Below the pieces are notes generated by a model. It was not told the DNA's origin, did not search any database, and was given only the letters and a program-made list of their open reading frames with translations. DNA of 64,000 bases, from NCBI GenBank assembly GCA_045535455.1, contig JAZSLQ010000125.1:1894-65893 (forward strand), read 5' to 3'. Source of the stretch: Kiritimatiellia bacterium (GTDB lineage Bacteria > Verrucomicrobiota > Kiritimatiellia > RFP12 > UBA1067). Position numbers and translations under genes: made by a program. Positions 56,340-64,000 of the stretch are shown in pieces (the stretch's first letter is position 1; every line of letters starts with the position of its first letter).

Positions 56340-57785
56340 TTGGAGATAATTATGTTTGTGGGACGATTAGAAGAGCTTGATCTGCTAAAAGGACTTTGGA
56401 ATAAAGTCACAAAAACCTCGTTAGTGACGGTTAGAGGGCGAAGGCGCATTGGGAAATCGACTCTTGTTGCGCACTTTGCTGATGTCTCGAATGCACGATT
56501 TCTTAAGATTGAAGGGCTTTCGCCACGAACGGCCAAGTCGAACGCAGACCAGTTAAAGGGCTTTTATTCGCAGCTTCAGCTTCAAAGCGGAAAGACATAC
56601 GAAGTCGTTGACTGGCTTAAAGCGTTCAAGGACGTCGACGCAGAGATTGTTGACGGACAGCGGACGGTTCTTCTTTTGGACGAGATATCGTGGATGGCGT
56701 ATTACGATGCCTCTTTCCCGGGGCTTCTGAAGATTGCCTGGGATAATTTCTTTCACAAGCACCCCAATCTGATTTTGTTTCTGTGCGGGAGCGTCTCAAG
56801 TTGGATAAGGGAGAACATACTTGAGGACGGAGGTTTTCTTGGAAGGCCCTCTGCCGACATTGTGCTGAAGGAGCTTTCCGCAAGGGACTGTCTGTCTTTC
56901 TGGGGTGGTGCGGCGAAGCGCCTTTCGTCTCGTGAACTCTTCGACATGCTTTCCGTCTGCGGTGGGGTGCCGCGATATCTTGAGGAGATAGATCCGTCGC
57001 TGACCGTCGATGAATCGCTGCGTAGGTCGTGCTTTACGCCGCAGGGATACCTTTTCAGGGACTTCGACCTGATGTTCGACGAACTGTACGACAAAAGTTC
57101 GGCTGAAAGAAAGTCCGTGCTTAACGCGCTGGCGAAGAAACCGATGACTGTCAGCGAGGTTGCCGCAGCGACAGGGCGTAGTCGTAACGGACATCTTGTG
57201 GAACTTCTGAAGGATCTTGTCCAGGCAGGATTCCTCGCTCAGGAGCGCGGAATCAATCCACAAACTGGGGAGTTGCGCCAGGAAACGCGGTATCGGATAT
57301 GCGACAACTACGTGCGGTTCTATCTTCATGCCATCTTGCCGCGAAGGGCAATGATAGAGGACGGCACATATCGCTTTGAGTCATTGGAGCGACTGCCCGG
57401 ATGGGAGACGATATTGGGATTCCAGTTTGAGAATCTTGTGCTCGGTTCGTTGCCAGCGCTTGTCGCGAGGCTTCATCTCGACAGGTCGAGAATCCTCTCG
57501 ATGGCCCCATACCGCAGAACCTCGGCCGACAAGGATCGCGGTTGCCAGATAGACTGCCTTATACAGACGCGGCGGTCGATGTATGTCGTCGAGATAAAGC
57601 GGAAGGCGAATATAGGAACGGAGATAATTGACGAAGTCGAAAATAAGATTGACCGACTTGGATATTCGGGCAAAACGTCCGTAAGGCCGGTTCTTGTCTA
57701 TGACGGCAACCTTTCTCCGATGGTTGAGGAAGACGGATATTTCGCGGCGATCATTCCCGCTTCAGAATTGTTCGGACTTGACTAA
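56340..57785 (+). CDS. AAA+ ATP-binding protein (archaeal-ATPase/DUF234-type) in a lower-GC islet
   Basis: Walker A GRRRIGKST and Walker B LLLDEISW. Protein is 481 aa. The local base composition is visibly AT-richer. Confidence 0.7.
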   Translation: MEIIMFVGRLEELDLLKGLWNKVTKTSLVTVRGRRRIGKSTLVAHFADVSNARFLKIEGLSPRTAKSNADQLKGFYSQLQLQSGKTYEVVDWLKAFKDVDAEIVDGQRTVLLLDEISWMAYYDASFPGLLKIAWDNFFHKHPNLILFLCGSVSSWIRENILEDGGFLGRPSADIVLKELSARDCLSFWGGAAKRLSSRELFDMLSVCGGVPRYLEEIDPSLTVDESLRRSCFTPQGYLFRDFDLMFDELYDKSSAERKSVLNALAKKPMTVSEVAAATGRSRNGHLVELLKDLVQAGFLAQERGINPQTGELRQETRYRICDNYVRFYLHAILPRRAMIEDGTYRFESLERLPGWETILGFQFENLVLGSLPALVARLHLDRSRILSMAPYRRTSADKDRGCQIDCLIQTRRSMYVVEIKRKANIGTEIIDEVENKIDRLGYSGKTSVRPVLVYDGNLSPMVEEDGYFAAIIPASELFGLD

Positions 57786-57810
57786 CTGCCGGGAGGACCT
57801 ATCTGCGTTG

Positions 57811-58503
57811 ATGAAAATACGAAGTGGCAGAACAATTCCATGGCGGGTTGGCTGGGAGTCAATAAAGGCGAACTGGCTGCCGATGGTCGTCTTGTGGCTG
57901 CTTGCAGCGGCGTTGGTTGCGGGCTATACATACGTGCCCTGCGTTCGGGCGGCGCTGCAGCCCGTCTTCGATTTCCAGACCGGCGGAGGGTGGAAGGCGG
58001 CGGTCCTTAACAGAATCGTCTTCTGCGGACTTCTCCCCGGAGCGTTTCTGCTGACGATAAGATCGATACGACCGCCGCGTCCTCTGCTTACGGTGCTCGC
58101 CAACTGCGTGTGGATGGGGGCGTGGGGCGTTGCGAGCAATGCGTTCTTCACGCTCCAGACGCAGATGTTCGGCTCGGGGCACGACATCGCGACTCTTGTC
58201 GCAAAGGTGCTTGTCGACAAGTGCGTGTGGTCTGCGCTCCTGTGCGTTCCGCTCAACTCCGTGTTCTTCTTCTGGGAGGGGCGAGACTTCTCCCTCGCGA
58301 GGTGCCGTGCGGAATGGCCGCGCAGCTATCTGCGGCAGATATACCTCCCGATTCTTCTCGCCGATTTCTCCGTCTGGATTCCGGTGCAGTTCGCAGTGTA
58401 CATCTTTCCTCTGCCGCTCCAGATACAGCTTGTCGGCTTCGCCGGCGCATTCTGGTCCCTCGTCGGTCTCTCGTCTGGCATCCGCCTCGCACGTAGTGTG
58501 TGA
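57811..58503 (+). CDS. hypothetical integral membrane protein with about six TM segments
   Basis: The start at the internal ATG follows the ATPase stop. The protein is hydrophobic throughout. Confidence 0.45.
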   Translation: MKIRSGRTIPWRVGWESIKANWLPMVVLWLLAAALVAGYTYVPCVRAALQPVFDFQTGGGWKAAVLNRIVFCGLLPGAFLLTIRSIRPPRPLLTVLANCVWMGAWGVASNAFFTLQTQMFGSGHDIATLVAKVLVDKCVWSALLCVPLNSVFFFWEGRDFSLARCRAEWPRSYLRQIYLPILLADFSVWIPVQFAVYIFPLPLQIQLVGFAGAFWSLVGLSSGIRLARSV

Positions 58504-58568
58504 TGACATCTCGTCATGCATCGGAGGCGCAGATGCTTGCGGCGAGGTGATAGGCGGATGGGTCGTTG

Positions 58569-58598
58569 TGTCCGATAGGATATGTTTTACTTGTCCTA
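58569..58598 (+). promoter_or_regulatory. second copy of the conserved 30-bp cis-element (TGTCCGATAGGATATGTTTTACTTGTCCTA)
   Basis: 26 of 30 nt are identical to 52509-52538. Located 25 bp upstream of a -10 element. Confidence 0.5.
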
Positions 58599-58622
58599 AC
58601 GAATAGCTTTGGGGGGCTGGAA

Positions 58623-58633
58623 TGTGGTAAGAT
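58623..58633 (+). promoter_or_regulatory. extended -10-like element TGTGGTAAGAT
   Basis: Located upstream of the small ORF at 58674. Confidence 0.3.
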
Positions 58634-58673
58634 ATTGTGCGTCAGGCATGAAAATAAGAAATGTCCAAATAAC

Positions 58674-58895
58674 ATGAAAAAACTGATGATGATTGGTGGT
58701 GCGGTTGTCGCGATTCTCTCGATTGAGGCGAAGGCTTCGACGGTCGCATACTGGCCGCTTACGCAAGCGAACGGAGTGCGAACGACCTCATCCACCGTCT
58801 TCGCCAATGAGGGCGACAACTCGGCGATGGAGCGTGCGGCCAAGGCGCGCGAAAAGGCAGGCTTCCTCCGCACCCTCCTCGCAGAACTCGAGTAA
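58674..58895 (+). CDS. small secreted protein (74 aa). Its N-terminus resembles the LamG protein leader and its C-terminus resembles the DUF5107/TPR protein C-terminus. Possibly a remnant.
   Basis: ASTVAYWP is shared with the 60441-62096 protein. GDNSAMERAAKAREKAGFLR(T/S)LL is shared with residues 1300-1329 of the 52585-56127 protein, at about 85 percent nucleotide identity. Confidence 0.45.
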   Translation: MKKLMMIGGAVVAILSIEAKASTVAYWPLTQANGVRTTSSTVFANEGDNSAMERAAKAREKAGFLRTLLAELE

Positions 58896-58912
58896 CATAA
58901 AGGACAACGCGC

Positions 58913-60394
58913 ATGGGAAAATTGCTTGGACATATATCAAGTGCGGCGGCCTGCGCGGCGGCGATGCCGGCACTGGCGTTTTCCGCGATGGTGATGCCGC
59001 TTCTGCCAAAGCCGGCCGAGTGTCGCTTCACCGGAGGAACGTGCCGCAACGCGGCGGTAAAGACGGTGCTCGACAAGTCGATACCGCCGCAGGGGTATGC
59101 GCTTACCGTCGCGCCGGGCGCAATAACGATCAAATCGTCGGACGAGGCGGGCGCTTTCTACGCGCGCATGACGCTCCGCCAGCTGGAGACGAAAGACGCG
59201 AAGGGGAAGAACGTTTCGTATCCAAATTGCGAGATAAAGGACGCGCCGGCGTTCAAGTGGCGCGGCATGATGCTGGACGAAGCGCGGCACTTCTTCGGCA
59301 AGGAGGCGGTCTGCGGCATTCTCGAACGCATGGCGCAATACAAACTCAACGTCTTCCACTGGCATCTTACGGACGACCAGGGCTGGCGCATCGACATACC
59401 GGAACTCCCGGAGCTGGCGAGGAAGGGCTCATGGCGCGAAGGACGCTGCGAAAGCGAGACCCCGCTTTTCTACACGGAGAAGGATATAAAGGAGATTCTC
59501 GACTTCGCGAAGGCCCGCTACATAACCGTCGTGCCGGAAATCGATTTCCCCGGACACTTCGGCGCGGCGCTCCGGGCGTATCCGCATCTGGCTTGCGGAA
59601 CGGGCAGAAAGAATATCTTGTGTCTGGGGAATCCCGAGGCGGTCCGCTTGGCGGAAAAGGTTCTCGACAGAGTGTGCGAACTGTTCCCCGGCGAAGTCGT
59701 CCATATCGGCGGCGACGAGTGCCCGGTGGCGAACTGGGCGAAGTGTCCGAAATGCAAGGCTCTCATGGAGCGCGAGAGAATCGGAGACCTGAAGGGTCTG
59801 CAGCCGTGGCTCACGCGCCGCCTGGCCGCGCATCTCAAGAAGAAGGGCAAGCGGATGTCGGGATGGGAGGAGATTGCGGTCGGCCTGGGCAAGCTCGACA
59901 AATGGGGCGAGAGCGAAAACCTGGCCTCACTGCCCGACGAGTATCTGCCGCCGAAGTCTTCGCTCGTCATGGGCTACCATGCGCGCCCCGCGGCGCTCGC
60001 CGCGAATACCGGCTTCGACGTCGTCAGCTGCCCGACCTGGCATTGCTACTTCGACTACCAGCAGAAGCTGCCCGAAGATCCCCATCGCTACCACCGCCCG
60101 GACATAAGGTGGTGCCCGCTCGAATCCGTTTACAACTTCGATCCCTACGAAGGCGTGAATCCCCAGGCGCGCGGGCGCATCGCCGGCGTGGAATGCTGCA
60201 GCTGGACGGAGAAGACGCGCAACGTCACCGAACTCGAATGGAAAATCTGGCCGCGGACGCTGGCCTTCGCCGAAGTCGCATGGCGCAACGAAGAGCCGCA
60301 AAAGCGCGACTTCAAGGAGTTCTGCGAGCGTGCCGCCGCGCACCGCCGCCGCCTCGTCGCGGAGCACGTCAACTGCGCGCCTGTCGGGCGATAA
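58913..60394 (+). CDS. beta-N-acetylhexosaminidase, glycoside hydrolase family 20
   Basis: FKWRGMMLDEARHFF, NVFHWHLTDDQGWRIDI and VHIGGDE are the GH20 catalytic motifs. Confidence 0.88.
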   Translation: MGKLLGHISSAAACAAAMPALAFSAMVMPLLPKPAECRFTGGTCRNAAVKTVLDKSIPPQGYALTVAPGAITIKSSDEAGAFYARMTLRQLETKDAKGKNVSYPNCEIKDAPAFKWRGMMLDEARHFFGKEAVCGILERMAQYKLNVFHWHLTDDQGWRIDIPELPELARKGSWREGRCESETPLFYTEKDIKEILDFAKARYITVVPEIDFPGHFGAALRAYPHLACGTGRKNILCLGNPEAVRLAEKVLDRVCELFPGEVVHIGGDECPVANWAKCPKCKALMERERIGDLKGLQPWLTRRLAAHLKKKGKRMSGWEEIAVGLGKLDKWGESENLASLPDEYLPPKSSLVMGYHARPAALAANTGFDVVSCPTWHCYFDYQQKLPEDPHRYHRPDIRWCPLESVYNFDPYEGVNPQARGRIAGVECCSWTEKTRNVTELEWKIWPRTLAFAEVAWRNEEPQKRDFKEFCERAAAHRRRLVAEHVNCAPVGR

Positions 60395-60440
60395 AGAATT
60401 TTGGTTAAAGCCAATAACAAAACCATAAAGGAGAAGAACA

Positions 60441-62096
60441 ATGAAAAAGATGCTGATGAAAGCGGGATTGCTCGTGATATGCGCCCTGGGGGGTGGGGGA
60501 GGGATGGCCTCCACCGTCGCCTACTGGCCCATGGCCGGTGAAAACGGCGCGAGGATGCAGAAAGACGAAGTGATCCAGAACCTCGCCAATCCCGGCGTGA
60601 TGGACGCCGAAGCGGCTTATGTGCGAAGCTACTACGGGACGGTGAACGACACCTCGGCCACGCCCGTAGTCTGCTATCCGATGGGAACGAATGCGTTCCC
60701 GGAGGCATACGGCGTGTACGATCCGGCGGCGGGGGCGAACCGTGCGGCGGCGACGGGATTGGATTTCACGGCGCGGCACTTGAGCAGCAACTGGAACGGC
60801 GGCGGCAAATATTGCTGGTGGCAGGGGGTGCTGCGCGTCGAGGATCCGGATGCAATCAAGACGACGTCTTTCACAATAGAATTTTTCTTCCGTCCGGAGG
60901 AGACTTCGTCCGGGCTTTGGCAGTATCTTGCGGCGATGCCGATGAGGAATGTTGCAAACGGAAGCACTGGAACGGAGAGCTGGTCGATAGGGATCAACAA
61001 TACCAAGCAGATTTTCGCAGTGTTCGGCATGGTGGACGAGAGCGGTGCGCAGACGGGGCGCGAAACATTCAAGTCTATCGCGTTGCCGCAGATATACGAC
61101 GGGCGGTGGCATCATTTCGCGATGACGGTTGACGGCACGGCGATGAAGATGTATGTCGATTATGCATTGGCGGGGAACGGAACGCTGCCGCGAAACGTCC
61201 AATACAAGGACGACGGCGATCTGTTCATCGGCGGGACGACGCACGCGGTGTATTCGTATTATGGTTCGATGGCGCATTTCAGGATTTCGGACGAGGCGCT
61301 GGCGAGCGAGGAGTTTCTGCATTTCACGCAGACGGCGCGGTCCGAAGGGGAGGCTGCGGACGTGGCGTTGCACATAGACTTCGAGGAGGTGGAGGGGATT
61401 TCGACGAACAAGGTGTTTTTCAACAAGGCGGCGTACGGTGCGGCGGTGCATTTCGGCGCGACGAACAGCACTGCCAGCGCGGCTGCCGCCGGTCTCGACA
61501 CGGATGTGGCGGCGGGGAGGCTCTACCATTCGCACCGGGACGCGGGGGGATACGCGAACCGTGTTTCTCTGGACCACGGCGCCACCGAGGGCGGCGATCC
61601 GCACATTTCGTGGAAGCCCGGCGAAGACGTGTTTCTGGGAGGTTCGTTCACGTTCGAGATGTTCCTCAAGGCGACGGCGATCAAGGCGTGGTCGGTCGTT
61701 GCGAAGCGGCGCACGGAGGCGAGCGACAGCGACACGCAGTTCTGGATGGGCGCGAACGGCACGGCGAACGCTTTGAACTTCGGTTTTGCATCGTCGCGAT
61801 TCGGCGACAATGCGGTGGTGGACGGCGAATGGCACCACGTCGCGCTGGTGTACGACGCGGAGACGAAGAAGATGACGTACTATCGCGACCGGAAGCAGGT
61901 GGGCGAAAAGACCGCGACGGCCGGCGAGCTTGCGAAGTATTCGGTCACGAAGCCGTTGTATCTTCTTGGCGGGCAGACCGGCGGGGATGGGACGGTGTGC
62001 AAGATCGACGAAGTGCGGCTGACGAAGCGGGCGCTTTCGCCGAGGGAGTTTCTTTCGGCGGAGGGGTTGAAAGGGTTCATGATCATCTTCAAATGA
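60441..62096 (+). CDS. secreted protein with two LamG/concanavalin-A-like lectin domains
   Basis: Signal peptide present. DGRWHHFAMTVDGTAMKMYVD and DGEWHHVALVYDAETKKMTYYRD are LamG/pentraxin-like core motifs. Confidence 0.75.
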   Translation: MKKMLMKAGLLVICALGGGGGMASTVAYWPMAGENGARMQKDEVIQNLANPGVMDAEAAYVRSYYGTVNDTSATPVVCYPMGTNAFPEAYGVYDPAAGANRAAATGLDFTARHLSSNWNGGGKYCWWQGVLRVEDPDAIKTTSFTIEFFFRPEETSSGLWQYLAAMPMRNVANGSTGTESWSIGINNTKQIFAVFGMVDESGAQTGRETFKSIALPQIYDGRWHHFAMTVDGTAMKMYVDYALAGNGTLPRNVQYKDDGDLFIGGTTHAVYSYYGSMAHFRISDEALASEEFLHFTQTARSEGEAADVALHIDFEEVEGISTNKVFFNKAAYGAAVHFGATNSTASAAAAGLDTDVAAGRLYHSHRDAGGYANRVSLDHGATEGGDPHISWKPGEDVFLGGSFTFEMFLKATAIKAWSVVAKRRTEASDSDTQFWMGANGTANALNFGFASSRFGDNAVVDGEWHHVALVYDAETKKMTYYRDRKQVGEKTATAGELAKYSVTKPLYLLGGQTGGDGTVCKIDEVRLTKRALSPREFLSAEGLKGFMIIFK

Positions 62097-62122
62097 TGGA
62101 AGAAGGATGCTGAAAGGAGAAT

Positions 62123-64000
62123 ATGTTTAGAGTGCAGGGAGCGCAGGGAAGGCGCGGAGTTCCACAGGGTCCGTCTTCACGGGGTTTGCAGAGGTTTTGC
62201 GTTTTTTTGCGGGGCTTCTGCGGGTTCCTTGTTCCGAACATGTTTTCCATTGCGGCGGCGGGGGGGCTCGAGGAGGGGTTTCGCTCGCCGCCGCCGGGTG
62301 CGCGGCCGCAGGTGGTGTACACGATAATGAACGGCAACGCGACGAAGGAAGGGTTGACGCTGGACTTCGAGGCGATGGCGGAGGCGGGGATCGGGGGTAT
62401 GCAGATATTCGACGTCGGGTGCGACGTGCCGGCGGGGGCGCTGGAGTTCAACACTCCGGAATGGTTCGATTTGATGCGGCACGCGCATTGCGAGGCGAAG
62501 AGGCTGGGGCTTGCGATGGGGGTGGCGAACTGTTCGGGGTGGTCGGCGTCCGGGGGCCCTTGGGTGAAGCCGGAGGACGCGATGAAGGTGGTCGTAGCCG
62601 CCGAAACCTCAGTGAAAGGCCCGTCGCGCTTTTCCGGAGCCCTTGCGCGCACGAAGAATGACAACGGCTTTTACGAGGACATAGCCGTCCTCGCATACCC
62701 GACGCCGGAGAAAGGCGCGTGGATCGCGGACTTGCCGGCGAAGTGCGGCAAGGTCCGCAAAACAGGATTCAAACGCCAGCCGAAGGCGTTCGCGCCGGAA
62801 GAGGTCGTGGCGAAAGATGCGATACGCGACCTTTCCGGGCGCATGGCGCCGGACGGGACGCTTGACTGGGACGTGCCGGAAGGGGATTGGACCATTCTGC
62901 GCGTCGGGTTCGTCTGCAACGGGAAGAAGAACCATCCGGCGTCGAAGAACGGATGGGGGTTGGAGGTGGACAAGTTTTCGGAGGGGGCGCTTGGGAGGCA
63001 TTTCGAGGGGTACGCGGGGAGGCTTTGCCGGGAGCTTGGGGTAAGCGCGGCGACGGACAACCGGACGGGTTTGGGGAACGTGCATGTGGATTCGTGGGAA
63101 GTCGGATGCCAGAATTGGACGCGTGGGCTGGAGGGGGAGTTCGAGAAGCGCGCGGGGTATCCGATAACGCCGTATCTGCCGGTCTTCGCAGGGCGCGTCG
63201 TCGGGTCGGTCGAAGAGACGGAGCGGTTCCTCGCATCGTTCCGGCGCGTGCTGGCGGAGCTTTTCGAGGAGCGGCATGTCCGTGCGCTGGCGCGGCTCTG
63301 CCATGAAAACGGTTTGACGCTTTCGGCGGAGCCGTACGGCAACAGCAATGCGGACAACATCGCCTTTGCGCGGGAGCTGGACGAGCCGATGGGATGCTTC
63401 TGGGCGAAGGGGACGTGCGGGAGCGGATGGGATTTCGACAACACGCACGCGGTGGCGGCGGTGGCGCGCGTTTTGGGGAAGCGGATAGTGGCGGTGGAGG
63501 CGTGCACGTCGGGCCCGCCCGGCGGGGGGCGGTGGCTGGAGACGCCGTATTCGGTGAAAGCGGATTGCGACCGTTCGTTCGCGGCGGGGGGCAACAGGTT
63601 TTGTTTCCACCGCTACGCGCACCAGCCGTGGACCGCTCCGCCGCGTATGCCGGGGATGACGATGGGACGCTGGGGGATGCATCTCGAACGGACGCAGACC
63701 TGGTGGCCGTACGCGAAGGGGTTTTTCGAGTACGTCGCGCGGTGCCAGTGGATGCTGCAGGAAGGGAAGGGGGCGGCGGACGTATTGTACTGGTGCGGCG
63801 ACGCCTCCCCGAACGACGGCACGGCGAAAGTTTCGCTCCCTGCCGGCTTCGACTACGACATTTGCGATACGAAGGCGCTGGAGGCGATGCGTTGCGCGGG
63901 CGGCCGCCTCGTCGCGCCAAGCGGCGCGGAATATCGTCTGCTCGTGCTGCCGAAGGGGGCGCGGCGTCCCGCCGCCTGCAAGGAAGACTGGCCGTGCGCG
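62123..64000 (+). CDS. glycoside hydrolase, 3' truncated by the window edge, possibly GH106-like
   Basis: A frame with no stop runs from the ATG at 62123 to the window end. The ORF track did not list it because it has no stop. ARPQVVYTIMNGNATKEGLTLDFEAMAEAGIGGMQIFDVG resembles the N-terminal block of GH106-type hydrolases. A GGAG Shine-Dalgarno is present. Confidence 0.55.
   Translation, partial: MFRVQGAQGRRGVPQGPSSRGLQRFCVFLRGFCGFLVPNMFSIAAAGGLEEGFRSPPPGARPQVVYTIMNGNATKEGLTLDFEAMAEAGIGGMQIFDVGCDVPAGALEFNTPEWFDLMRHAHCEAKRLGLAMGVANCSGWSASGGPWVKPEDAMKVVVAAETSVKGPSRFSGALARTKNDNGFYEDIAVLAYPTPEKGAWIADLPAKCGKVRKTGFKRQPKAFAPEEVVAKDAIRDLSGRMAPDGTLDWDVPEGDWTILRVGFVCNGKKNHPASKNGWGLEVDKFSEGALGRHFEGYAGRLCRELGVSAATDNRTGLGNVHVDSWEVGCQNWTRGLEGEFEKRAGYPITPYLPVFAGRVVGSVEETERFLASFRRVLAELFEERHVRALARLCHENGLTLSAEPYGNSNADNIAFARELDEPMGCFWAKGTCGSGWDFDNTHAVAAVARVLGKRIVAVEACTSGPPGGGRWLETPYSVKADCDRSFAAGGNRFCFHRYAHQPWTAPPRMPGMTMGRWGMHLERTQTWWPYAKGFFEYVARCQWMLQEGKGAADVLYWCGDASPNDGTAKVSLPAGFDYDICDTKALEAMRCAGGRLVAPSGAEYRLLVLPKGARRPAACKEDWPCA

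Noticed and set aside
60405-61838. 477-aa ORF on the minus strand, antisense to the LamG gene
   Set aside because: Arg-rich shadow frame. The LamG protein has a signal peptide and conserved motifs.
62197-63920. ORFs 62197-62661 (+), and 62609-63682, 62671-63594 and 62769-63920 (-)
   Set aside because: All are Arg/Pro-rich shadow frames. The + strand frame starting at ATG 62123 translates without a stop to the window end and gives a coherent glycoside-hydrolase-like protein.

Overview
GC-rich chromosomal segment from a Gram-negative bacterium, probably of the Planctomycetota-Verrucomicrobiota-Chlamydiota (PVC) superphylum. That inference rests on the PEP-CTERM proteins, the prenyltransferase-like toroid protein, the giant beta-helix proteins and the hexuronate and glycan utilisation genes; it is not a database result. 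Almost every gene between 1.5 and 50 kb is on the + strand. Confident housekeeping calls are queA, an RluA-family pseudouridine synthase, a GmhA-like sugar isomerase, a ROK kinase, rnhB, folP, an L,D-transpeptidase, serA, a GspF/PilC platform protein, a DedA-family protein, HU, an SNF2/SWIM helicase, rmuC, uxaC-uxaA, an AmpD-like amidase, tRNA-Thr, tRNA-His, RNase P RNA, tRNA-Val, a flavodiiron protein, an aminotransferase, a short-chain dehydrogenase, tcdA, an AraC/XylR regulator, a GH20 hexosaminidase and a LamG protein. The accessory content includes three type II toxin-antitoxin pairs within the first 8 kb: VapBC, HicBA in inverted order and MNT/HEPN. It also includes a membrane-anchored prenyltransferase-like toroid protein followed by a possible sigma/anti-sigma pair. 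The most novel-looking region is an 11-kb cell-surface locus at 18.5-30.7 kb. It holds two paralogous giant beta-helix proteins of 1423 and 1274 aa, each followed by a small PEP-CTERM protein, then a stand-alone copy of the giant protein's N-terminal domain and a polytopic membrane protein with TPR repeats. Separately, a family of heptanucleotide tandem-repeat elements (GTTGAAA, GTGTAAA, GAGAGTT and variants) is inserted in frame in folP twice and in a large TPR gene twice as inverted hairpin pairs, and also sits in one intergenic region. A conserved 30-bp cis-element beside the AraC/XylR regulator marks a putative glycan-utilisation regulon. All coordinates were worked out by eye from the sequence; no database searches or computations were run.
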